Shown piece by piece: positions 43,957 through 52,162 of a stretch of 64,000 bases of DNA (positions within the stretch are counted from its first letter, which is position 1; every line of letters begins with the position of its first letter). Position numbers and translations under genes: made by a program. Origin of the DNA: Puniceicoccales bacterium (GTDB lineage Bacteria; Verrucomicrobiota; Verrucomicrobiia; Opitutales; JAIRKQ01); the NCBI GenBank assembly GCA_031266345.1, contig JAISBD010000007.1, positions 4,377-68,376 on the forward strand, in the 5' to 3' direction. The notes under the pieces are model-generated. The model saw only the letters and a program-made list of their open reading frames with translations. It did no database searches and had not been told where the DNA came from.

Positions 43957-45282
43957 TCAAGCGATGCGCTCGCTGATGATTTCCCCTTGCACCGGCCGCT
44001 TAGGAGCAAGCCGATAGGCATCGCGAAAATATTCCAAAGCTTTGTCAAGCTTGGATTCGTTGTTGTAATGAATCATCATGAGCGGCTCGCCCTGTTTTAT
44101 TTGCATGCCCACCTTCATGACGTCGGATACACCAACGGCGTGGTCCAAGGTGCCATCCGCATTTTCAGCCAAAATACGCACGCCACGCGCAATCATACCC
44201 GCATTGACGGTATGTATGTATCCGCGCTTTTGGGCAGAAAGCTTGCGCACACACTTGGCTTCGGGAAACTTGCCCGGATTATCTATGTAGGAGACATCGC
44301 CACCCTGTGCAGCGACAAATTCTTTGAATTTTCCCAGCACGGTTCCATCGGATAAATGCTTGATTATCATCTGCTTAGCCGATAATGTCGAACCAGCAAC
44401 ACCCGCCAGACGCACGATTTCCATGCCAAGCTTCAGGATGAGGTCCTGCAGCTCCGGGTCCCCGCCGCCCTTCAAAAGTTCGATTACCTCCTTGATTTCA
44501 AGGGCGGTACCAACCGTTCGCCCAAGCGGCTGATTGGCATCGGTCACAAGGGCGATGCACTTCCTATTTAGGGTACGGGCAACCCGCGTTATCATGCGAC
44601 CGAGCTGCTTGGCCTGCTCCACATCCTTGATGCAGGATCCGCTGCCCCACTTCACATCCACAACTAAACCCTCAGCGCCGGAAGATAATTTTTTGCAAAG
44701 TATGCTGCCAACCAATAGCGGGACACTGGCCACCGCACCGATTTCCTTGCGCAATTTAGATAGACGCACATCAACGGGAGCTACGCTAGCCGGTTGCTCG
44801 CAATAGCAACAGCCAGTCTTTTTCAATTGAAGCTTAAAATTATTCTGCTCAAAATTAGATGAAAAACCGGGGATGGCGGAAATTTTTTCAATGTCGGCAA
44901 TAACGAAACCGTCATCCTTGTCCACGATCGTCGGCACCGCAATGCCACAGGAAGCGGCGATCGCGGATAGCACAAACGTGGCCTTATCACCAACGCCGCC
45001 GGTGGCGCAGCGGTCGATTTTTGGCCAAGAAATATTACCCGTATCGATCACGTCACCGGACAGCATCAATTCTTCCGTCCAAATGGCGGTTTCCTGCACA
45101 CTCATCCCTTGAAAATAGACAGCCATCAAAAATGCGGATAACTGGTGCAGCGGAATGGTGTCGCCTATTATCGCACCCGTAATCTCGCGCACTTCGTCAT
45201 CCGTCAATTCCTCCGCACATATCTTCTTCTCAATTAATATATTAAACGGAATTTTATACTGAATTTTCTTTCCTTTTTCCAT
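43957..45282 (-). CDS. Thymidine/pyrimidine-nucleoside phosphorylase family protein with a degenerate phosphate-binding site
   Basis: 441 aa, collinear with DeoA/PyNP (MAVYFQGMS, ATGGVGDK, SVPLLVGSILCKKL, VVDVKWGSG). However KHSTGGVGD is RCATGGVGD, and the SGRGLGHTGGTLDK loop is replaced by VDKDDGFVIADIEK. Confidence 0.7.
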   Translation of the reverse strand: MEKGKKIQYKIPFNILIEKKICAEELTDDEVREITGAIIGDTIPLHQLSAFLMAVYFQGMSVQETAIWTEELMLSGDVIDTGNISWPKIDRCATGGVGDKATFVLSAIAASCGIAVPTIVDKDDGFVIADIEKISAIPGFSSNFEQNNFKLQLKKTGCCYCEQPASVAPVDVRLSKLRKEIGAVASVPLLVGSILCKKLSSGAEGLVVDVKWGSGSCIKDVEQAKQLGRMITRVARTLNRKCIALVTDANQPLGRTVGTALEIKEVIELLKGGGDPELQDLILKLGMEIVRLAGVAGSTLSAKQMIIKHLSDGTVLGKFKEFVAAQGGDVSYIDNPGKFPEAKCVRKLSAQKRGYIHTVNAGMIARGVRILAENADGTLDHAVGVSDVMKVGMQIKQGEPLMMIHYNNESKLDKALEYFRDAYRLAPKRPVQGEIISERIA

Positions 45283-45395
45283 TGCACAGTCAATAAGAAT
45301 TTTTACACTTGGAACACAAGCTGTGTATGAGAGAAATTTTCCCCATTGTCAAAAAAAAACTTTCCTATTGGCTAAAATTTTCATAGCACATTGCC

Positions 45396-46031
45396 ATGTG
45401 GCATCCCGTTTATCAAATGATGTGTTACCTATTCAAGTCGGGGTTTTACGAGCTCTTCGACGGGGCGCGGGGCGGCCTGGATAATATCCCGAGCGAAGGA
45501 TCATTCTTATTGGCTTGCAACCATGCGAGCTATTTTGATCCGCCACTCCTGGGAGCCTCGTTGGGGAAAAGGGAGATCTTTTCCGTTGCTAAAAAAGGTC
45601 TATTCAATTCGCCCCTGTGGCGGTGGCTATTTACGCGGCTGAATTCCATACCCGTTGACAGGGATAGTGGCGATTTGTCGGCGATTCGCGCCGTGTTGAG
45701 CTTACTGAAGAGTGGCAAGGGAATAATGATTTTTCCCGAAGGTACGCGGACTTCCGACGGAAAGCTGCGCAAAGCCCACGCTGGTATTGGTCTATTTGCG
45801 TGCAGGAGTGGCGCTCCGGTTATTCCCTGCCGCATATTTGGCACCTATAACATCATGAATCGGTTTTCCCACTTCCCAAACTTTAATGAAAAAGCCGCCA
45901 TTATTTTCGGCAGGCCACTGCAAGCATCGGAGTACGACAATAGGGATCCGGTGAGCCGTTACCAGGATGCCGCTAACATCATCATGGAAAAAGTTAGAGC
46001 CCTCGAGCTTCCCCAATCGAACATCCTATGA
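45396..46031 (+). CDS. plsC: 1-acyl-sn-glycerol-3-phosphate acyltransferase (PlsC family)
   Basis: NHASYFDPP (HX4D), IFPEGTRTSDG, GAPVIPC. Confidence 0.88.
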   Translation: MWHPVYQMMCYLFKSGFYELFDGARGGLDNIPSEGSFLLACNHASYFDPPLLGASLGKREIFSVAKKGLFNSPLWRWLFTRLNSIPVDRDSGDLSAIRAVLSLLKSGKGIMIFPEGTRTSDGKLRKAHAGIGLFACRSGAPVIPCRIFGTYNIMNRFSHFPNFNEKAAIIFGRPLQASEYDNRDPVSRYQDAANIIMEKVRALELPQSNIL

Positions 46032-46366
46032 GTTCAAATTTTGGGCCTGCGCTGCTACCATGGCGTTGCAAAGCGACTGTAAAATATTTTGAGACTAGAA
46101 CCACTCACAGGTTAAGGGAAATAAGCAGGGGAAAATGGGATAGGGGTGGAAGAAAAGAAAGCATAGCCAGTCACGCGTGGTAACGCGGCGCAAGTTTTTC
46201 AATTTCCTAGAAATTGGTAGGTACTTTTGTTGGCTTCTCCTACGAATTTTAGCTCCGGGAATGGTGTACCCCTTTGGCATATTCTTTTCATTTTATCCTC
46301 CTTTGCTAGCTCTTTTTAAATCCAAACCCTAGCAGAACTGTAATGTAAAATTTATTGAGAACGTCA

Positions 46367-46418
46367 ACGCAGGCAGAAGTACCGCCTGCGTGCCGTGAAT
46401 AGGGGAATGACTTCCCCT
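46367..46418 (-). terminator. Two tandem hairpins downstream of the 440-aa repeat-protein gene (possible terminator)
   Basis: aggggaa-tgac-ttcccct (46401-46418) and acgcaggc-agaagtacc-gcctgcgt (46367-46391). No strong T-tract follows on the minus strand, so function is uncertain. Confidence 0.35.
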
Positions 46419-46428
46419 GAATTTTAAA

Positions 46429-47751
46429 CTACCATTTTTGGTGGCGATAAAACTTGGAATATTTCGTTTGTGATTTTGAGATTACCGGTACCCGCTTAGC
46501 GCTTGGCACCTGCTTAGCGTCGGGTGTCTGCTTAGCGCCGGGTGTCTGCTTAGCGTCGGGTGTCTGCTGAGCATCTTGCCTAAACATCTTCTCAAACCAT
46601 CCTTGCTTAGCATCTTTTTGTGGAACTGGCGCTTCCTCACTTTTTGAGGTTGCCGGCACCTGCTTAGCGTCTGGCGCCTGTTTAGCGTCTGGTGTCTGCT
46701 TAGCGTCTGGTGTCTGCTGAGTATTTTTGCTAAACAGCCTCCCAAACCATCCTTGCCCAGCATCTTTTTGTGGAACTGGCACTTTCTCACTTTTTGAGGT
46801 TTCCGGTACCTGCTTAGCGTCTGGTGTCTGCTTAGCGTCTGGCGTCTGCTTGGTATTTTTGCTAAACGGCCACTTAAACCATCCTTTCCCAGCACTTGCT
46901 TTTGATTTAGGTGAACTTGGACCCTTAGCAGATGAGTCTTTGGATGAACTTTTAGCAGTGGAAGCAGGTTTTATTCCAAAGTATATGGCAACAGGTAAGG
47001 CGATAGCAATGGCAGCGGTCAAAATATACTTTATTACTTTCCTCCTATTCCATGGCTGAGCTCCGCCGGATGGCTGAGTTTCGTCGGATGGCCGGGTTTC
47101 GTCGGATGGCCGAGTTTCGTCGGCTGGCCGAGTTTCGTCGGATGGCCGAGCTCCGCCGGATGGCTGAGTTTCGTCGGATGGCCGAGTTTCGTCGGACGGC
47201 TGAGTTTCGTCGGATGGCCGAGTTTCGTCGGCTGGCCGGGTTTCGTCGGACGGCTGAGTTTCGTCGGATGGCCGAGTTTCATCGGATGGCCGAGTTTCGT
47301 CGGCTGGCCGAGCTTCGTCGGCTGACCGGGCTTCACCCCCAAACTGGGGTACGCTAAATGGCCGGGCTTCACCCCAAAACTGGGATACGCTAAATGGCCG
47401 GGCTCCACCCCCAAACTGAGTTTCGCCAAATGGCCGGGCTCCACTCCTAAACTGAGTTTCGCCAAATGGCTGGGCTCCACTCCTAAACTGAGTTTCGCCC
47501 TGCGACTTAGGATTAGCTCTGCCCTGCGACTTAGGATTAGCTCTGCCCGATGGCTTGAGCTTAGCTCTGCCCGATGACTTGGCCTCCGGCAACCGAACAC
47601 TCAATTGAGTCGACGCCACACGCTTTGAGGTTCCCGGTTCTTTAATAGCTGCCGACTTTTTAGGTCTCACTTGAGGAGATCGAACAGGGCTGCTGTTTTG
47701 AGAGTCATACATTTTACCACTTCTTGTTATTATTGAAGATCCAGTTTCCAT
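46429..47751 (-). CDS. Hypothetical single-pass membrane repeat protein with nested tandem repeats and three GWFxxxF[SR][KQ] motifs
   Basis: 440 aa. N-terminal GETQFRSGA[QR]PF-type repeats, ~15 E[TA][RQ]P[SA]D hexapeptides, a TM (VIKYILTAAIAIALPVAIYFGI), then GKGWFKWPFSKNTKQ / GQGWFGRLFSKNTQQ / KQGWFEKMFRQDAQQ. Each motif is flanked by (QTPDAK)n. Confidence 0.6.
   Translation of the reverse strand: METGSSIITRSGKMYDSQNSSPVRSPQVRPKKSAAIKEPGTSKRVASTQLSVRLPEAKSSGRAKLKPSGRANPKSQGRANPKSQGETQFRSGAQPFGETQFRSGARPFGETQFGGGARPFSVSQFWGEARPFSVPQFGGEARSADEARPADETRPSDETRPSDETQPSDETRPADETRPSDETQPSDETRPSDETQPSGGARPSDETRPADETRPSDETRPSDETQPSGGAQPWNRRKVIKYILTAAIAIALPVAIYFGIKPASTAKSSSKDSSAKGPSSPKSKASAGKGWFKWPFSKNTKQTPDAKQTPDAKQVPETSKSEKVPVPQKDAGQGWFGRLFSKNTQQTPDAKQTPDAKQAPDAKQVPATSKSEEAPVPQKDAKQGWFEKMFRQDAQQTPDAKQTPGAKQTPDAKQVPSAKRVPVISKSQTKYSKFYRHQKW
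47054..47330 (-). repeat. 18-bp tandem repeat (~15 units) encoding the ETRPSD hexapeptide
   Basis: The plus strand reads ggc[ct]gagtttcgtcgg[ac]t reiterated head-to-tail. It generates spurious ORFs in several frames (47034..47600 -, 47052..47357 +). Confidence 0.9.
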
Positions 47752-48579
47752 TTTTTTCCTTATCTAATTGTTAATAATCTTTAAAAGAAAACAAAGGTGG
47801 TTTGATGTCAAGCAAAATTTGGTAATTTTTAAAAAACAAAAAGTATGGAAATGGAAAAATTCCCTGCTAAACGGTGGCAAACGTCGCGGGCATTTGAGAA
47901 ACATAAAATTACATATTTTCAGCAATTGGCGTGGGAGGCCATGCGCTATGGCAGGCACATTCATGCTTTCCCTCCTTCCGCTCGCATCGCCCATTTCCTT
48001 TTTATGCCCCATCTTTCCTTAATTTGTGAGCCTTGGTTTCAATTTACAGAAATTCCGAAGGTGCATATGCGGGTGCAATTCCCCAAACTCTCGGGCTATA
48101 TTATTATAGATTTATAAATTTAGTAGTATAATTATTATGGGCTGTTAATATGTTAATTGTTAGTTCAACTCATTATATTTAAAATGGTTATGAAAATTTT
48201 AAAATTGAATTTTTTGGTGAATATCCCCGCGGCACTGTGTTAACAACTGTGAAAAAGTCTATGTTATTTAAGGATGTTAGCATATTATTAACATGTTACC
48301 AACAAGCAATGTGAATAACTTTTTCAAAATACCAAATTTTCCCTGGATATTTGCATTTTTTTCTTGAAAATTATCCAATCTAGCTTTAGATGCAGGAAAG
48401 ATTGCGAAAGGTAGGTGATGACACAACATCCAAGTTTTACAAGGGGCGGTGCTGCTACGAATAAACGTAGTGTGCTGAAGAGGTACGAGCGCGTGGATTT
48501 GCTAAAAAAGCGGGGGCAATGGGGGGCTTCCAGCCTGGTTTTGGGAATGCCAAAAACGAAGCCCGAGGAGTGATGTTTC

Positions 48580-49329
48580 GTGGGCCGATCCGAATTTTTG
48601 TTCTTTCCTTTTAGAGAGAAAGGGCGGTGGTGTTCTTTGAAATTTTTTAGTCTGTTTTTGCTGCTGTGCCTGTGTGGCTGCAAGCGGGAAACTACTCTGG
48701 GTGATGAGGAGCTATCGGATCCGGAGTATCTCTTTGCCGTTCAACAAATTAGGGAAGGAAACGAAGATGGTGCTTTGCTCTCATTTTTGCATGTAATAGC
48801 TAGAAAGGAAAGCACAGCAAATTCGCATTTGCATGTCGGGCGCATATATTTGGATAGGCAAAATGACCCGATCTATGCCATTTATCACTTCCGTGAGTAT
48901 TTACTGCGGGCAAAAAATTCGAAAGAAGCCGTTGTTGTCAAACAGCTCATAGACACTGCTAAAAAAAAATTTATACGCAGTTTGCCTGGACATCATTGCG
49001 AGCTAAATGCTCACGTGGAATTGATGGAGGTCGCTAGGCGGCTACGGGAAGAAAATATCGCTTTGAAGCACAGGTTGAGGGGCTTTGAAGAACGGTGCAA
49101 ACTGTTGGAATCCCGATTGGAAGGCGAATTTCCGGCTGTTGCCACCGGCAAACATTTTGAGGGGGAGAGGCAAATCAGGCATGCCGTGCGAGTGGGGGAT
49201 ACGCTGTCGAAGATAAGTCAAAAGTATTACGGTACGCCGGCGCAGTGGAAGAAAATTTTTGAGGCCAACCAAGATGCGATCCCATTTCCCCATGCTTTGA
49301 CCGTGGGGCAGGAGTTGATAATTCCTTGA
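48580..49329 (+). CDS. LysM-domain lipoprotein with TPR-like/coiled-coil middle region
   Basis: C-terminal LysM: HAVRVGDTLSKISQKYYGTPAQWKKIFEANQDAIPFPHALTVGQELIIP. No ATG start. GTG at 48580 or, better, in-frame TTG at 48637 gives MKFFSLFLLLCLCGC (lipobox L-C-G-C). Confidence 0.75.
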   Translation: MGRSEFLFFPFREKGRWCSLKFFSLFLLLCLCGCKRETTLGDEELSDPEYLFAVQQIREGNEDGALLSFLHVIARKESTANSHLHVGRIYLDRQNDPIYAIYHFREYLLRAKNSKEAVVVKQLIDTAKKKFIRSLPGHHCELNAHVELMEVARRLREENIALKHRLRGFEERCKLLESRLEGEFPAVATGKHFEGERQIRHAVRVGDTLSKISQKYYGTPAQWKKIFEANQDAIPFPHALTVGQELIIP

Positions 49330-49340
49330 ATATGAGCATA

Positions 49341-52127
49341 TTATAGCCATCTAAATAGTATGATATTAAATCGGCGCCCAAGCTTTTTATTTACTTCGGA
49401 AAGGTTTACACTGGTGGGATCGTTTTCACCTGCGTTTGCAAATGTTGGCATGCGTTGCACTACGACTTCGCAGCACCTTGCATGGTTCCCCCATGAACCC
49501 TTTGCTGCTATTTTAAACGTGTCACCGCGGACGGTGATGAAATGTGCAAGTGCTTGTAAAACATCAGCTTGGCTTAAAACATTTTCCAGTCCTTCCTCCA
49601 AGTACCCGCTGGCCGCTCCATCGTTGAACCAAGCTTTATTTTTGCTAAAAGAGATGTAGTGTTTGCAAGTACCACGATTAATATTTGAGTCAAAAATGGC
49701 TTGTTGAAGCAGACCGCAGGTTGCGCCATCGGCCGACAAACGCCTGTTGATGAACGCGCTCAAAGTTGGAAAAAGTGCTTGCCGTTTTACTAGGGTGGCA
49801 ATATTTTTGGCGAGAATTCTCACATCGTACCTGGAAAAAGTGGCACATTGATTGGCATTTGCGCGGTAAATTCTCGGAAAAATTATGTCGCCGCGATTGT
49901 TTGTTCTTGAAGATAGATAGGCTTCCCAGGCTTCTTCGCAGGTGGAATGCACGTTAAAACTGCCCTTTATGAGCAGGGTTTCCGGCTTTATTTCCGTGTC
50001 CAAAATTTTAAATCGCCGATTAACCAACTTATTATTTGCCCTATTTAGGGTCGAGCAGAAGAAGTTGTTAAAAAAGGTTTCGTTCAAAAGATAGGCGTAA
50101 TCGAACAGGGACTCCACCTTGCAATGGGACGGCCAAATGCCCTGGGGGACGTTTTGAAATGTCGTGTAATTTGTTGGTATGTAAGGATTAGGACTGGAAT
50201 TGCCCAGGCATGTGCTTGGCAAATATCCCAGCGGTGCCCAATTTACGTGCCGCAGGGTAGCGACGCTTAAAACGCCGTGGTCGCGGCTCGGAACGTCGAA
50301 TAGCACCAAGCCATCCAGGTAGCGCAGCAGCTGCTGGTCGAATGAAGCTTTGCTGTCCGTGAAGATTGTCTGCCAGGACCAATTAGCAGCTATGTTTCCC
50401 TGACCAAAAAATATGGAAGATGGGTCTTGGAAAGCAGTGCGATTGGCGTAGGGAGCGCGGGGGTTAGCAAAAGCTAGCCAGCGGATACCGGTCATCGCTT
50501 GGGCACCTTCGATGGTGCCAATTTTCATGGCGGCGGACAGGGTAAGCAGCAATTTTTCATTTTCCGCCGGCTGGAATGTAAATGTCAAATTTTGATTAGC
50601 ATTTGCCGGGGTGAGCTGGGCAATTTCCTGCAATATTTCCTGCGTGGGTCGGTGCGTTAGCCGGATATAAAATTCTTGCCAATTGCGGGCTTGGGAGCCA
50701 TTTTGGTCCGTGCATGATATGGTGAAACTTGAATAATCCGATGCCAACATGTCAGTTTTTATTTGCAAGCAATTGTCGCAATCCCCTGCTGCGGAGATAG
50801 CTCTATCCGTGGGAGATAATTCGGTGTCTAGGGGCAGAGAGAAGATTTTCACCTCCCCCGCCTTGAAGGAATCCCTAAAATTCAGCACAAATATTGGCCG
50901 CAAATGCCGCTCAATTTCCTCTGCGCACAGCGGCAGGGTTAAAATTTTTTCTGGGACGTTTGGCTGGCGCGCTGTCCCTTTGATTGTTAGGCAAATTTTG
51001 CTGTCATTATTTCGTGCTGCAATGAGCGCATTTAATTGATAATCAGCCTGCTGCAACGATATGTTATGGGGGTTCCACAGGGAATATTTGGGACAAATTT
51101 TTATGGCCAACTTATCGTCGATTATGGCTGCTGATATGGAAAAACTAAGCTGGGTAACGATGGGATAAATGCCGTGCTGCACAGATGCGCCCAGGTCGTC
51201 TCCCAAATTGTGCAGGGTTCTCTGGGAATAATCGACCAAATACTGCGGACGATAGAGGGGATAAGTTGGCCTGACTGGGATCTCTTTGCCACTTATTTGA
51301 TTTTTTAGGCGGAAGAAGGATTGTAAAAATTTCCACGTGGGCGGGGGTGCCGGCAAGGACGCTTTCCCCTCGAAAACATAGGCATTTGCCGGAAAGTCTG
51401 TTTCCAACAACCAGGTCGATAGGTCCGTTTTCAAGCCATTGAGCGAAGATGGCACCCCATGGGAATGCAGGGTGTAAGAATCGGAATGCTGTGCTATTCC
51501 TTCCCCCACTGTGCCATCTAGGAGCGAAAATTGTTCCAAAAAATCAATGTTTCCACGCACCATTTCACTCTGATTTTTAGGGGAAAAAATTGCCGCAACG
51601 CGCTTATCTCCCGAGCATTGTGGGCACAGGAGTTGGACATAATCATCCCTCGTATCGTCTTGCAAAGACAGGTCAATTTTTTGCGATTCGTCTTGAATGG
51701 AAAATTTCCAATGGAATTTATCCGCGGCTATGCGCATTTGTGAATCGGGTTTTTCCGCTGCCTTGCCCAAACTTCCGGCATCGTAATCCGCGGTGAGCCA
51801 GCGCGAAAATTTTATAGCATATTTATCGTCATTTTTAGATGCGTGCCATATGCCGATGTCATTGCCGTTTAGGAAGTTATCGCCGTAAATATTGCTTCTT
51901 TTGGCTGAAATTGCGCCATCCGGACCGGCGGATTCCTGCAGGCGTGCCAGTGCAATTTTCAATGCAAATTCGGCGGTCCGCTTGGCGAGTTTTTCGGAAA
52001 AACTTTTTCCTAACTGGGCATGGTAGGCTAAATTTTGGTATGCCATTGCGCACATGAACAGGGCCAGCATAGCCGTGGCGTTGATTACGAATAGTAAGGC
52101 GAAACCGCGATGTTTAGGTGGCGACAT
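49341..52127 (-). CDS. Large (928-aa) hypothetical protein with a PilX/GspK-type N-terminal anchor
   Basis: MSPPKHRGFALLFVINATAMLALFMCAMAYQNLAYHAQLGKSFSEKLAKRTAEFALKIALARLQE has the R-G-x-A-L + hydrophobic helix + A..AE.AL..A...L pattern of the PilX_N/GspK N-terminal domain. The remaining ~860 aa are unrecognised. Confidence 0.55.
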   Translation of the reverse strand: MSPPKHRGFALLFVINATAMLALFMCAMAYQNLAYHAQLGKSFSEKLAKRTAEFALKIALARLQESAGPDGAISAKRSNIYGDNFLNGNDIGIWHASKNDDKYAIKFSRWLTADYDAGSLGKAAEKPDSQMRIAADKFHWKFSIQDESQKIDLSLQDDTRDDYVQLLCPQCSGDKRVAAIFSPKNQSEMVRGNIDFLEQFSLLDGTVGEGIAQHSDSYTLHSHGVPSSLNGLKTDLSTWLLETDFPANAYVFEGKASLPAPPPTWKFLQSFFRLKNQISGKEIPVRPTYPLYRPQYLVDYSQRTLHNLGDDLGASVQHGIYPIVTQLSFSISAAIIDDKLAIKICPKYSLWNPHNISLQQADYQLNALIAARNNDSKICLTIKGTARQPNVPEKILTLPLCAEEIERHLRPIFVLNFRDSFKAGEVKIFSLPLDTELSPTDRAISAAGDCDNCLQIKTDMLASDYSSFTISCTDQNGSQARNWQEFYIRLTHRPTQEILQEIAQLTPANANQNLTFTFQPAENEKLLLTLSAAMKIGTIEGAQAMTGIRWLAFANPRAPYANRTAFQDPSSIFFGQGNIAANWSWQTIFTDSKASFDQQLLRYLDGLVLFDVPSRDHGVLSVATLRHVNWAPLGYLPSTCLGNSSPNPYIPTNYTTFQNVPQGIWPSHCKVESLFDYAYLLNETFFNNFFCSTLNRANNKLVNRRFKILDTEIKPETLLIKGSFNVHSTCEEAWEAYLSSRTNNRGDIIFPRIYRANANQCATFSRYDVRILAKNIATLVKRQALFPTLSAFINRRLSADGATCGLLQQAIFDSNINRGTCKHYISFSKNKAWFNDGAASGYLEEGLENVLSQADVLQALAHFITVRGDTFKIAAKGSWGNHARCCEVVVQRMPTFANAGENDPTSVNLSEVNKKLGRRFNIILFRWL

Positions 52128-52162
52128 GGGGGTAGTGTGCGCTTTTGGATGCCTTTGCCAAG

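Noticed and set aside
47034-47600. 188-aa (-) and 101-aa (+, 47052..47357) ORFs inside the 18-bp repeat array
   Set aside because: These are alternative-frame readings of the same tandem repeat (…AELRRMAEFRRM…). They are nested entirely in the 440-aa gene.
48371-48379. ttatccaat, a near-match to the DnaA box TTATCCACA, in the AT-rich intergenic region. Considered as oriC.
   Set aside because: It is a single 7/9 match. There is no cluster of boxes, and no dnaA/dnaN or other origin-linked genes are nearby.
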